A stretch of 64,000 nt of DNA from Callorhinchus milii (Eukaryota). The notes under the pieces are model-generated. The model was not told the DNA's origin, ran no database searches, and worked only from the letters and a program-made list of their open reading frames with translations. The stretch spans positions 109,680,001 to 109,744,000 of the forward strand of contig NW_024704742.1 of NCBI RefSeq assembly GCF_018977255.1, in the 5' to 3' direction. Below, in pieces: positions 1 through 10,677 of the stretch (position 1 is the stretch's first letter; each line of letters starts with the position of its first letter). The position numbers and the translations under genes are program-made.

Positions 1-825
1 AGGCGGCGAAGGCACTGGGGGATGGAGCTCCAGAGCCGAGGGGCTGAGAGGCTGAAGGCCCGGCCACCGATGGTAGGACGGTTAGGGCGGGGGATGTGGA
101 GCAGACCGGAGCCAGAGGAACGGAGGGTACGGGCAGGTAGGTAGGGGGATAGTAGGTCGGAGAGGTAGGAGGGTGCAAGGCTGTAAATGGCCTTGTAGGT
201 GAGGATGAGGATCTCAAATTCGATCCAGTGGGATGGGGAGCCAGTGGAGGTGAGCGAGGGTGGGAGTGATGTGGTCACGAAGCCTGGTGCGGGATAGTAC
301 ACGAGCTGCAGAGTTCTGAATGACCTGCAGCTTGTGGAGGGAGGTGGCGGGAAGGCGGACGAGGAGAGAGTTCCCATAGTCCAGCCTTGAGGTGATAAAG
401 GTGTGGACCAGTGTTTCAGCAGCGTGAGGGGTGAGGTAGTGCCGTAGTCTGGTGATGTTCCGAAGGTGGTGGAAGGCGGTGCCAGTTGTGGCGCGGATGT
501 GGGGAAGAAAGGACAGCTCAGGGTCGAACAGAACGCCGAGGTTCCTGACTGGCTTTGAGAGGTGGAGAGTGCAGCCTTGGATGCTGATGCTGTCAGCGCC
601 TGAAGTGCGGAGGCGCTGATGCGAGCCAATCAGGAGGGCCTCAGTTTTGCGCACGTTGAGCTGAAGAAAGTCGTCTCTCGTCCAGGACTCGATGTCGGAC
701 AGGCTGTCAGGACATCAGTGGTCGTGGAGTTGAGGGTAGAGGAGGAAAGGTAGAGTTGGGTGTCATCCGCATACATGTGGAAGTTAACCCCATGTCTGCG
801 GATGATGTCACCAGGGGGTAGCATG
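1..825 (-). mobile_element. L2-clade LINE fragment (RT C-terminal part of ORF2), 5'-truncated, runs off the window edge
   Basis: ORFs 630-824 and 214-654 give [10 protein letters not shown] (RT catalytic motif), [27 protein letters not shown] and LHWLPI, all typical of L2 ORF2; frameshifted; GC/CpG-rich relative to flanks. Confidence 0.93.
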
Positions 826-1360
826 CCTGGAAACAGAATATTGGAATCGAGCCAACCCTCTGTGGATGTCTTGGTAGTTCAGTTTCTGTCCCAGGTGGGT
901 CTGCTGTATTCCAGGGCACTGCTGATGACAACACAGGATCATCGGCAGGACCTAGAAGGGCAGACTAGTCATTGGGGGTAGTCATCCGACTCAGCTCCTG
1001 ATAACTGGGCAAGCCGAAGCCCTAATAGGTAGGGTGATCATAGCAGGACAAGCAGCAGGAAAGCTTGCCTGACAGCAATATCAGCAAGCTGGGTGTTTTT
1101 AGTTGGTTAGACTCCAGCAGTACCCCAACGCACACTCGGGTTCCCAAGCCTTGGCTCTTGCCAACCTGCACCTAATACTTTCCGGAATTAGGTAAGCAGG
1201 ATGTCGTCCCTCCAGGGAGAGAGTACACATTCCATTCCAACAATCTATCTCTGGGATTTCCATATGTAGCTGGGATGCATGGATATCTCAGCTTAGTTTG
1301 GATGCTCTTAAGCACGGTGATGGGTTTCCGCAAGTGTCAGGCACTCGGATGACCAAAAAA
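826..1360 (-). mobile_element. Partial copy of the ~640 bp TIR element seen at 35700-36336
   Basis: Reverse complement aligns by eye with 35720-36250 (shared block agtattaggtgcaggttggcaaga; accctacctattag). Confidence 0.8.
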
Positions 1361-1449
1361 AATATAGGCAGCAAACACTATCTTGCCAAAGTGACAAGAT
1401 AATTCATATGTTAACCTTGACAATAGTGTCAACAGGTCATCTGTAGGGC

Positions 1450-1680
1450 AGAGAGGGAGGGACGAAGGGAGGGAGGGGAAGAATTGTAGCTTGACTCATT
1501 CCTATCTTCATGTGATATCTATACACACACTTCCAGCAGGAATTCCTGAGGATACATCAGTTGGAATCCTCACTGATCTTTCCTCCCTAACCACAGGTAC
1601 TGAGACCAATTACGATGTTCCCGATGCTGCTCTGACAGAGATCAATTGACTCAGCATAAACTAGAGATCAAAACTAATGA
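1450..1680 (-). mobile_element. Old tRNA-derived SINE (family of 14482-14890), degenerate
   Basis: Reverse complement resembles the ctgtgctga..., aattggtctcagtacc and cctgctggaa blocks of the other copies. Confidence 0.55.
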
Positions 1681-1926
1681 ATTACCAACTAGTTTTGTTG
1701 GCTCAGGGGAGTGGGGAGGGCACATATAACTTGTTACTCAAGCTTTATGCTTTCACTTGTTGAACATTTTTTTCACTGTTCTCTTCATTATGGTAAGAGA
1801 TGATCTAATTTAAATCACTCTAAAGGAATACTTAGTATAATCAAAAAGTATTATCTGAAGATGTAGATATCAGTGGAGAAACAAAATTATAGTTCTGAAA
1901 TTCTACCTTGTGTTAATCTGCAAAAG

Positions 1927-2075
1927 CATTTTGTCTTAAAATTTAAGATTGTGCAGAATGGTGGAAAATTCATCTATTTAAAAGCTAGATTTAGATGGCT
2001 CTTAAAAAAGAAAATATATCAGAATTTAAGAATTTTTTCACAATTCTGTGCAATCTTAAATTTTAAGACAAAATG
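1927..2075. mobile_element. Palindromic MITE-like element (family A)
   Basis: Perfect 25-bp inverted repeat 1927-1951 / 2051-2075, extending imperfectly to ~45 bp; related copies at ~12500 and ~17467. Confidence 0.75.
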
Positions 2076-4360
2076 ATGCAGAGGCATTTAATTCCTGGGT
2101 GGAATTAAAGGCTCCACTTTTTAAAATGTATTTAAACCAAATGTGATTAAAAGAATCCTGTTGAATACTGTATATTCTTTAGACAACGGTAGCAATAGAA
2201 AAGCCGTCCAACCTTACTTCTATGCTGAAAGTACTTTTATACATTACTCTAATTTTTGCATAGTGCAGTTGCTCAGTCATACTGATATTGAACAAAAATA
2301 TTAAATAAAGTGGTCTGAAGGATAGAAAGGATCAGAAACCAAATATATGTAACACTTCAGGTGAATCATTTTGTTTTCCAAAATGCTGCTGCATGCTGAG
2401 ATAAATATGTTTTGTAAGACAAAGTCATCAAAAGCAACTTCAAGGAATGTAAATGTTTGTAATTGTAAACAAGCAGATAACATTTTTATTATTATTCTAT
2501 TAGCCTACTATTCAAAATTAAATGGTATTTCTTCATGCATACTGCATCCAAGTAATAATTAATAAACTGTAATTCAAGACATGATGCTTGAATTGATGTC
2601 CTGTCATCAGGACCTGTGTTAAAATGAAACATTGACAGGGGTTTAACACTCTGGAACAGGTCATCACACTGTCATACTCTCTAGCCTTCTGGTATTTATC
2701 TTCACCCAGGCAAAGTATTACAAGACCAGAGTAAAAAAGAAATAATTACAAATGAAGAGTGACACGGGCTGTGAATAGAACATATGTTAGGCTAGACTGA
2801 GGCATCAGTGAATTATATCATCTCATGATGAAGTGGCAGTGGGGCTGAACGGACCCATTTTAAACCTTGATGTATTTTATCTCTGCTACATTTGGAATGT
2901 CATCTCTGGAGAAAGACTTTGGATAATTGAGAGTCAACTCCAATCTGCATGACTTGGATGTTAAGTATAGTCTGTCTGTGCGGTGATTAAGAAAAAAGTC
3001 TGAATAGTATGCTCAATACAAAGAGAAATGCATGATAGCTATCAACACTAAAGGCTATTGTTCCATATCTGAGGCAGATATATGGAGTGTTGAGTAATTT
3101 TCTGTCCAATTACAGCTAGGCAAAGGAGTGCAATCTGAGCTGGAGGGGCACTTTTAAACATTGTTAATACCACTCTGCACATTCCAGTATAGAGTTTAAC
3201 ACAGCAGTAGATGATTACCATCACTGAATGAAAACCATTTAGCCAATTATTAAGGGGTGGATCCAATTAACTTAAGTAACTCTGGATATTCTGACATTTC
3301 AAACCTTTGCATCACCAGAACTATAAGTCACAGTTGGACCAAGTTTTATTTCTGCAGACAGACTTAAGGCGATATATTTATTGCAGTTTTTATACCTATT
3401 ATGATGCATCATGAAGCAGCACTAATGAGTCTAGCCAATATAGCTGCTTAGTCCAAACATATTACTGCACTCTTCTGAATGAACAATGAGGAAACATGTG
3501 CAATTGAAACATTTTCTAGAGAACATTATTAATATGTTTCAGCTGGCAAAATTGAAGTGGGTTGTCATGTTAATGCATTGATCAAAGCTGGATCCACAGC
3601 ATAGAAGGGTGCAGAAGATATAGCAGAAGAGTTCAAGAAACTATGAGATTTGCAACAGGGAGCATGATAAACTACAGATATTTAAACAATAGAAGGAATA
3701 GGAATGGATGACTGTCTTCGAGGAAGAAAAGAAAATAGTCAAAGAAGTGATAAAAAAAACATTTGGTTAAATGACCACTATGAAAATATTGCAGCTAAAC
3801 TTTCTTCTACTTTAAAAAATATACGCATAAGAATGTAGGCACCTTAGCATATACGAGTAAAATAAAACATTAACATTTTGTTCATTACTTTAACTTTAAA
3901 ATTATTGAATAATTAAAAGAATGCTATCTAGATATATAAGTCTAAAACTGCATATGTCCCTCATTTACAGTGTTCTAGCTTCAGAGCTTTAGGAGCACAG
4001 AGCACCCCTTCAATTCCCATAAATGCTGGGCCGAGTTTGTGTGTTTTCCAATTGGACTCAGCTTTCTGTAATCAGAAGGCTATCTCTAGAAAATGTCAGT
4101 CGATTCTTTAACCCATCTATTGCATGGAGCAGAGTCTCAGAGAAAATTATGCTGAGCATGTGGAAGCAACAAACCACATGGCAGGAAATGTACTTACTTC
4201 TAGCAATAGTCAATTAAGCTACTTTCTGACCCAGTCCAGCCATCACTTTGATGTAGATCCACTCTTCTGTAGTATTAAACACTGGATGTGATGGCACAAT
4301 AGCCGTATAAGAACTGGATGCTGGCTTGACATCCCCTCAGATTGGCCTTCAGACTGCTGA

Positions 4361-4635
4361 AAGGTGAATTTTTCAGCCAGTCAGTCTGACATGTGGAATC
4401 TGTTCCAATTGCATATGGTATTTCTGCGTTTGGGCCATTTCTTTGCCAAGAAAAGCCCAAAACATTTGACACATCAGTTAAACACTGGCCTTTGCCAGCT
4501 TTCAAGATGGCAATTATATTCTGATTGTTTTAGTACTTTGGAGTACTGCTGACCCACCTGGCTCAGGAACCAGACTACCAAGACTGCCACAGAGGGTTGA
4601 CTCAATTCCAACATTCTGTTGCCAAGCATGTCACC
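4361..4635 (+). mobile_element. Internally deleted copy of the ~640 bp TIR element
   Basis: Starts aggtgaatttttcag (matches the TIR); 4530-4632 aligns with 36150-36250 (ctcaggaac, cagagg, ctcaattc, catgtca). Confidence 0.65.
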
Positions 4636-4771
4636 TTCTTAATGCCTTGATTCTTACTCTCTCCTGATATACTTATTTTAATTTGTTTAACTGTAATTTA
4701 CACTCCTTTCCCTAAGTTTGTATTTTTCTTTTTATCCGACTGCACAACAGTGTCTGTGATTTTCTTTAACT

Positions 4772-4900
4772 TAATAATAATAATAATAATCCTTGCATTT
4801 GATATAGCGCTTTTCACGTCGGGAGGACGTCCCAAAGCGCTTCACAGAACACACTGTAAAGTGAATTGACTGTATATTTGTGGGCGAACGCGGCAGCCAA
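4772..4900 (-). mobile_element. 3' fragment of the young tRNA-SINE
   Basis: (TTA)n tail plus cgcttttcacgtcgggaggacgtcccaaagcgcttcac. Confidence 0.9.
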
Positions 4901-5182
4901 TGAAACTTCAGTTTCATATAGAATTGCCTGCAGTGTCCTCTATGTGACACAGACAACACTGACACTGTCATTATTCCATTATCTATAGCAGGACTTGCAG
5001 GGCCTTGTTCGAAATTCGGCCTTTAAAATATTGACATTCAATCATTTCCACAGCTGTATTCAGTGAGCTTTGAATTGTTTGGACTCAATTGGCATGTTAA
5101 CTGCTACAGATGCATGAACGTCTTGTGTTAGCTTGGCTCAATTGGTAGCATTGTTGTCTTTGGGTCAGAAGGTTGGGGGTTT

Positions 5183-6050
5183 TCCCCCCAAATGTTTGTA
5201 GTCTGGTTTTCCCGCTGCCCACAGCACAGAGACAGCGCTTGTCAAATTCACAAACGATGTCCTCTCTATCTGTGACCAGGGCTCCCTCCGCCTCCTCGTC
5301 TTCCTGGATCTCTATGCCATGTTTGACACAGTCAACTATGCCATCGTCCACCACCGCCTCTCCTCCCTCATCCACCTTAGTGAGACCGTACTCGCATGGT
5401 TCACGTCCCACTTAACCAACCGCCTCCACTTCAACTTGGCAAATGGTTTCTCCTCCCGCGCTGCCCAGTCACACTCAGGGTACCCCAGGGCTCCATCCTT
5501 GGCCTTCTTCTTTTCCTCATCTACATGCTCCCTCTTGGCGATACCATCCGCAGACATGGGGTAAACTTCCACACATATGCGGATGACACACAAATCTACT
5601 TTGCATCCTCCAACTTCGATTCCAGATCCGCCAATGTTCTATCAGCTTGTCTGGCAGTCATCAGGGTCTGGATGAATGCAAACTTCCTGCAGCTGAATGT
5701 GGACAAGACAGAAGCCATACTCCTTGGCTCCCGTCAACGTCTTCACAGGAGCCAACGTCTGCGGATCTGAACTCCTCAACCTCCCTGAGTTCTCCCTCAG
5801 ACTCAATGAACCAGTGCAGAATCTAGGCTTCCGGTTTGACCCCCAGCTGTCTTTCCTCCCCTACATGCTGTCGCTGACCAGGACCGCCTTTCTCCACCTC
5901 CGCCACATTGCTCGTCTCCAACTGTACCTTACCCCAAATGCAGGCGAAACCCTTGTGCATGCGTTTGACACCTCCCGCCTGGATTACTCAAATGCACTCC
6001 TCGCCGGTCTCCCCAGCTCCACTATTCAAAAAATCAGCTCATTCAGAACT
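5183..6050 (+). mobile_element. L2 LINE fragment (RT domain), first part of an interrupted copy
   Basis: ORFs give FDTVNYAI, VPQGSILG, HTYADDTQIY, KTEAILLG, VQNLGFRFD, SRLDYSNALL. Confidence 0.93.
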
Positions 6051-6056
6051 TCAGAA

Positions 6057-6364
6057 GGAGTCCTGTAGCTCAGTGGTTAGAGCACTCGCTTTGCAAGTGA
6101 GAGACCTGAGTTCAATTCCAGGCAGGGCGAAACCTTGGGCAAGTTTCCTTACTCCACACGCCTAATAATAATCCCTCAAAAAAAAATTGGTCATTTTCAA
6201 TCCATATGACTGTTTGTGGGACATTGCTGTGCGCAATTGGCTGCCGCGTTTGCCCACAAATATACAGTCAATTCACTTTACAGTGTGTTCTGTGAAGCAC
6301 TTTAGGACGTCCTCCCGACGTGAAGAGCGCTATATCAAATGCAAGGATTATTATTATTGTTATT
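6057..6364 (+). mobile_element. Young tRNA-Ala-like SINE, short form
   Basis: A box tagctcagtgg, B box agttcaattcc, ttgggcaagtttccttac block, L2-type tail and (TTA)n. Confidence 0.93.
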
Positions 6365-6564
6365 GTAACCTTGGAGCCAATTCAGCTCCGAGGAGACCTC
6401 GCTTACCTCCCCACCCACACCCCCGGAGGATAATCACTGCCCATGTCACTCCCCAATTAAATAAAAAGGAGGATAAATAGAGGGCAGAAAATTGGCAAGA
6501 GGAAAAAAGGCATGTAGGGTAATTTCGCTTAATTACATTTTCTAAAAGATGACTGTGAAAAACT

Positions 6565-6995
6565 GCCCGCATACTTACCCGGACCAAACTCTGTATCCCA
6601 TTTCAACAGTTCTGGCTAGGCTCCCCTGGCTCCCCATTAACGAACGGATCAACATCAAGATCCTCACACTCGTGGTCAAATCCATTCACTCCCTGGCACC
6701 TCCCTAACCCTCCGACCTCCTCACTCCCCAGTCCACCACCAGCACCTCCAATTGACTGGCACTAGCCTCCTGCTTGATCCCCGCACTCTCCACTCCACCA
6801 TTGGAGGTTGCGCTTTTAGCCACTGTCCTCTGAAACTGTGGAATACTCTCCCTGAGTCCCTCCACCTTGCCCCTTCTCTCCCCTTCCTTTTCGATTGTGC
6901 TTACAGTCACCTTCCCTGGCTCAGAATCAGGCACTGCCACTATTAAGTGCTCTGAGATGCCTCCGTGGTGCTAGATAAGTGCAAGTTGTTGTTGT
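6565..6995 (+). mobile_element. L2 LINE 3' part, continuation of 5183-6050
   Basis: Resumes at atacttacccggaccaaactc, the sequence following cagaact in the 27155-28700 copy; ends with stem-loop tail and (TTG)n. Confidence 0.85.
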
Positions 6996-7034
6996 GTTAA
7001 TAATGATGAAACTATTTGAAAAGAAAAGGGTACC

Positions 7035-7207
7035 CAGGCCAACAATCCCCCAGATAAATTTGTCATTAACCTCATGGCTGTGGGATTTTGTAGTTTGCAG
7101 AATGGCTGCTGTGTTTTCCTGCAAAAGCAATGATTCCGCTTGATAGTAATTACTGTAAAGCACTCTGAGATGTTACGACGTGACAAGGGGCTATAAAAAT
7201 GCATTAT
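7035..7207 (+). mobile_element. Deu-type SINE 3' fragment
   Basis: ggccaacaatcccc...ggctgctgtgttttcc...tataaaaatgca resembles the 3' half of the other Deu-type copies. Confidence 0.65.
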
Positions 7208-7353
7208 TTCTACTCATTATTGTGTAAGATAGTCACAAGTAAATGTTCTTATGAACAAAATCATCACATTACTACAAACATCATTTAGGAATGTCATGCT
7301 CATGTAATCATGTTTGCAATTTGTAAAATCTTTTGTTTAATGGGCTTACTTAC

Positions 7354-7401
7354 CAAAAGTGACAAAATGGAAAGATGATCAGTCGAACAAAAATAGCACA
7401 T
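7354..7401 (-). CDS. Candidate alternative first coding exon (MCYFCSTDHLSILSLL, phase 0)
   Basis: ATG at 7401, 16 open codons, then a consensus donor TTG|GTAAGT in non-repetitive sequence; no homology recognised. Confidence 0.2.
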
Positions 7402-7878
7402 GATTGTGGGCAGGATTATAAGAAACAATTGCTTCCGCTAGCTAGCTTTCACACAAAGCAGCTTTCATTGTTCGAAATTATCATAGTAATTAATGTGCAA
7501 AAGCTGTTATCATAATATCCAGCAGCTTTACTTGAAATGGTTAACAAAAGATGCCAAAGTTTCCCAGTTGGGGAAAAATGCTGTTGTGCTATACCCAAAG
7601 GTGGAGACAAAGAACATTTACAGACAAAAGAGAAACTTTCAAATATTAAACTCTTTGTCCTGATATATAAGAATGGAATTCATATTTTTAATTCTAATCT
7701 AATTTATTATTATTGTAATTTCAAGGAAGCACCAACCAGGATGCCTGCAATGGTGATAACTAGTGAATGTGAATAGGAGTAAATGCTGAAGTCCAGTATC
7801 ACAGGAAATAAAGTTTCCATCTCCCCCGACAAGCTCAACCCGCGTTTTTTTCCAGAAAACTGAAGTACTGTAGCTCAC

Positions 7879-7896
7879 CTTCTTTTGGTTGGACAT
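7879..7896 (-). CDS. Candidate first coding exon (MSNQKK, phase 0) of an unidentified gene
   Basis: ATG TCC AAC CAA AAG AAG|GTGAGC strong donor; no upstream ATG in the ~77 nt putative leader; TATA box upstream. Confidence 0.4.
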
Positions 7897-7994
7897 GGAT
7901 CAGTAGGGTACAGTCACCTCAGAAAAGCTTAGACCGCAGACCTTTTCTCTGCCTGTGTCTCCTCCACCTCAAGTCAGAGACTTTTGCTTGTTTT

Positions 7995-8002
7995 TTTATA
8001 TA
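7995..8002 (-). promoter_or_regulatory. Candidate TATA box
   Basis: TATATAAA on the minus strand ~100 nt upstream of the ATG at 7896, implying a TSS near 7972-7975. Confidence 0.35.
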
Positions 8003-10269
8003 AATAAGGCTAAAAGTTACTGAGATTTTCCCATTGCTGGGCAGCATCCAGGAGTTGCGCACGCAGCACAGGTTTAATATGCAATGCATGATGCAGCAGA
8101 TGTCAATCCATTTGCCTGAATCCTGCTGGCATTTGGAGATGTGGCTAAACTGAGCTACAGAATGAAATTTAATTAAAATTAAATGCAGCCTTGGCCATTG
8201 TATCTGTTCATTTCCTGCACTCCACTGTGTACATTTGCAGTCAGCGCCACAGTTAATTTGTTTAATCAGGATGCCATGCGGGGGAAGCTGCACTTTATTT
8301 TAGCTGAGCACAGTGGCAGATGCCAGGTTGCACATCATTACATGTGATCCAGCCTGTGTAAATGATGCTATTGATGTACCTCACAGAACCACCTGAAGGC
8401 CATGCCATTTCTTTCCGGGGGCTACAGGGAAGCAAATCCACATAAATTGATTATATTTCAGATGGATGAAGCTTTAACCTATGTGCGTCTGGAAGTGGTA
8501 CTTGACTGAATCTCTGTCATGGTTAATATAACAACATTTTTAGGCATGCGTTTACTTCATCTTACAATCCTCCCCTCTCAATTTTAAACATATGGTACAA
8601 GCATTTGTAGTTCTTAACAAAGGTAACAAAATAATAACAATTAAAAATAAATTCCAAAAGAATTTTACAGTAAATGATGTAAGAGGATTAATCAGCAAAG
8701 CCCTGAGCCTTCTTTACTTGGATTTGTGTCTGCCCGTAGGACACAACTGAGCAATTGAAACTAAAACATTGCTTTATAGAAATTCAACTGTGACTGTTTT
8801 ACTGTGTTCGACGCTCTTGATATTAATGAGAAATATGTGTCTTAAATCTTCACTTGTGCATTATCACAGTGTGCAATCCGTTTTCTGCCACATCTTCTGC
8901 TAAATGGTATGTCTACTATACCTGATGGACCTTGGGGAATTTTGAAGATCATCTTAACTGTCTACAAAACCATCTAAATCACTTATGCTGCTTCAGTTCA
9001 TCTTGGTGCTCAGATTGTATTTTACCTACCTGCATGAGATTTCCACTGTATAATAAGTGAAGCTAAAATTGTACAACCTATTCCCTCATCACACAAGTTC
9101 AAAACAGTGACCTAATCATAGATTCAGATTCCCTAATGCCCTGATGGCTTTTTGCCACAATGAAGTAGATATTGTAGCTGCACAACTCAACCTTTGTGCC
9201 AAATTGTGTCATTAAGAAGTTTTCTCACACCCATGTTGTGTCTGTGGTACAATTTCTCATTGTAATTCTACTATAAAATCTGCTGTCTAGCATCAAATCT
9301 CAAAATAATTATTTTAAATTGCTATCAGAAATTTTTATCCTATGGGAAAGGGAAAAATATCACTATCGTTTGAAAAAATGAATTGCAATGCCCATATAAC
9401 TTATGTATATGCATAATACGAAAGGGAAAAGGTAACCCTCACATAAGAGTTAAAAAATGATTTAACCCTTTTGAGATGGTGGACATTTGATACAGTTCAA
9501 ATGAAAACAATGCGTTTAGTTTCTTGATGGTTTATTCAAATAATATTTTGAAAAACATTGTGATTAAAAATAGGAGGAATGTGTAAAATGTAAGCAAAAG
9601 ACATGACAACGTGTTACAAACAGGTTTTGAAATTAAATGACGCAGAGGGAGCAAATGACATTTTCTTCAGCATAAAAGCAATTTCGCTCTGTAAGTAGTC
9701 ATTATAGAAATGACACATTTTTATCAGGCAAAAGCAGCAGTACCTACAGACCTTAGGAAGTAAGCAATTATTTGGTAAGAAACAGACTCTGAATCTCCTA
9801 TCCATTCAAGTTTTATTTTTCCACAAATTAATGTCTTTTATTATTTCTTTTTTAGTGGTCATGAAAGGAACACAACTTTGTGATTTGATTCTAACTTAAC
9901 CTATTAAAAAAAACTAGATATGAAGTAACTCATATTGAACTACAAAATCCAATCTAAGTTACTTTGTTGTACTTTCTACAGCATAATAATGTTAGTCTCA
10001 GTTTATACATTTTTAATTTCACTTGCCAGTTAGAAATATTCTAAGAAAGCATACTGAAAAAAAATATTTATCAACCTGAATTTGTCAAGCTCAATAATGA
10101 ATAACATTTCAAAAATGACTTATAGGTATCTAGATAATGGTTAAGATGATTACTCCATAACACTTTTGTTTTGGTTTGATATCCAGGAGAGTGTTGGCTT
10201 CAGCTTGTGTACCAGTGAGTGATGTGAACTGTATCCAGCCATTTGGCTATTTAATAATAAACAATGGTA

Positions 10270-10677
10270 ATCATCCTTGCATTTGAACAATCCTTGTGTC
10301 TTATCATGTCGTTGAGATGTCTCAACTGTAAAGTGGTTTTGATTGTGTGTTTTTTGGGTGAAACTAGGGAGCCAGTTTATGCACAGCAATGTTACACAAA
10401 CAGCTGTGAAGTGAATGACAAATTTTATTTGGGGGTTTGTTGGCCAGGAGAGACTTTTAACTTTTTGAATAGTACTGTGGGATCTTAAACATCCACCAGA
10501 ACAAGCAAACACGACCGCGGTTGAACATCTCATCCGAATGATGGCACCTCCGACAATGCAGCACATCTCCAGTACTGCATTGGAGTGTCAGCTTAGAGTG
10601 TGTGATTCCAAGTCCCAGCGTGGGGCTTGAACCCACAAGCTTCTGACTCAGATGCGAGAATGCTACCATTGTGCCAC
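10270..10677 (-). mobile_element. Deu-type tRNA-derived SINE, near full length
   Basis: Minus strand reads tggtagcattctcgcatctgagtcagaagcttgtgggttcaag (head), gctgcattgtcggaggtgccatc...gatgagatgttcaacc and aagatccca (Deu-domain-like), then an L2-like tail. Confidence 0.85.

Noticed and set aside
4198..4357. Minus-strand exon bounded by AG and GTAAGT
   Set aside because: Stops in all three frames
6057..6130. Genuine tRNA gene
   Set aside because: The tRNA-like head continues into a SINE body and tail in every copy and varies among copies
6571..6580. U1 snRNA 5' end or splice donor (atacttacc)
   Set aside because: Part of the L2 coding sequence, also present in the 27-28 kb L2 copy
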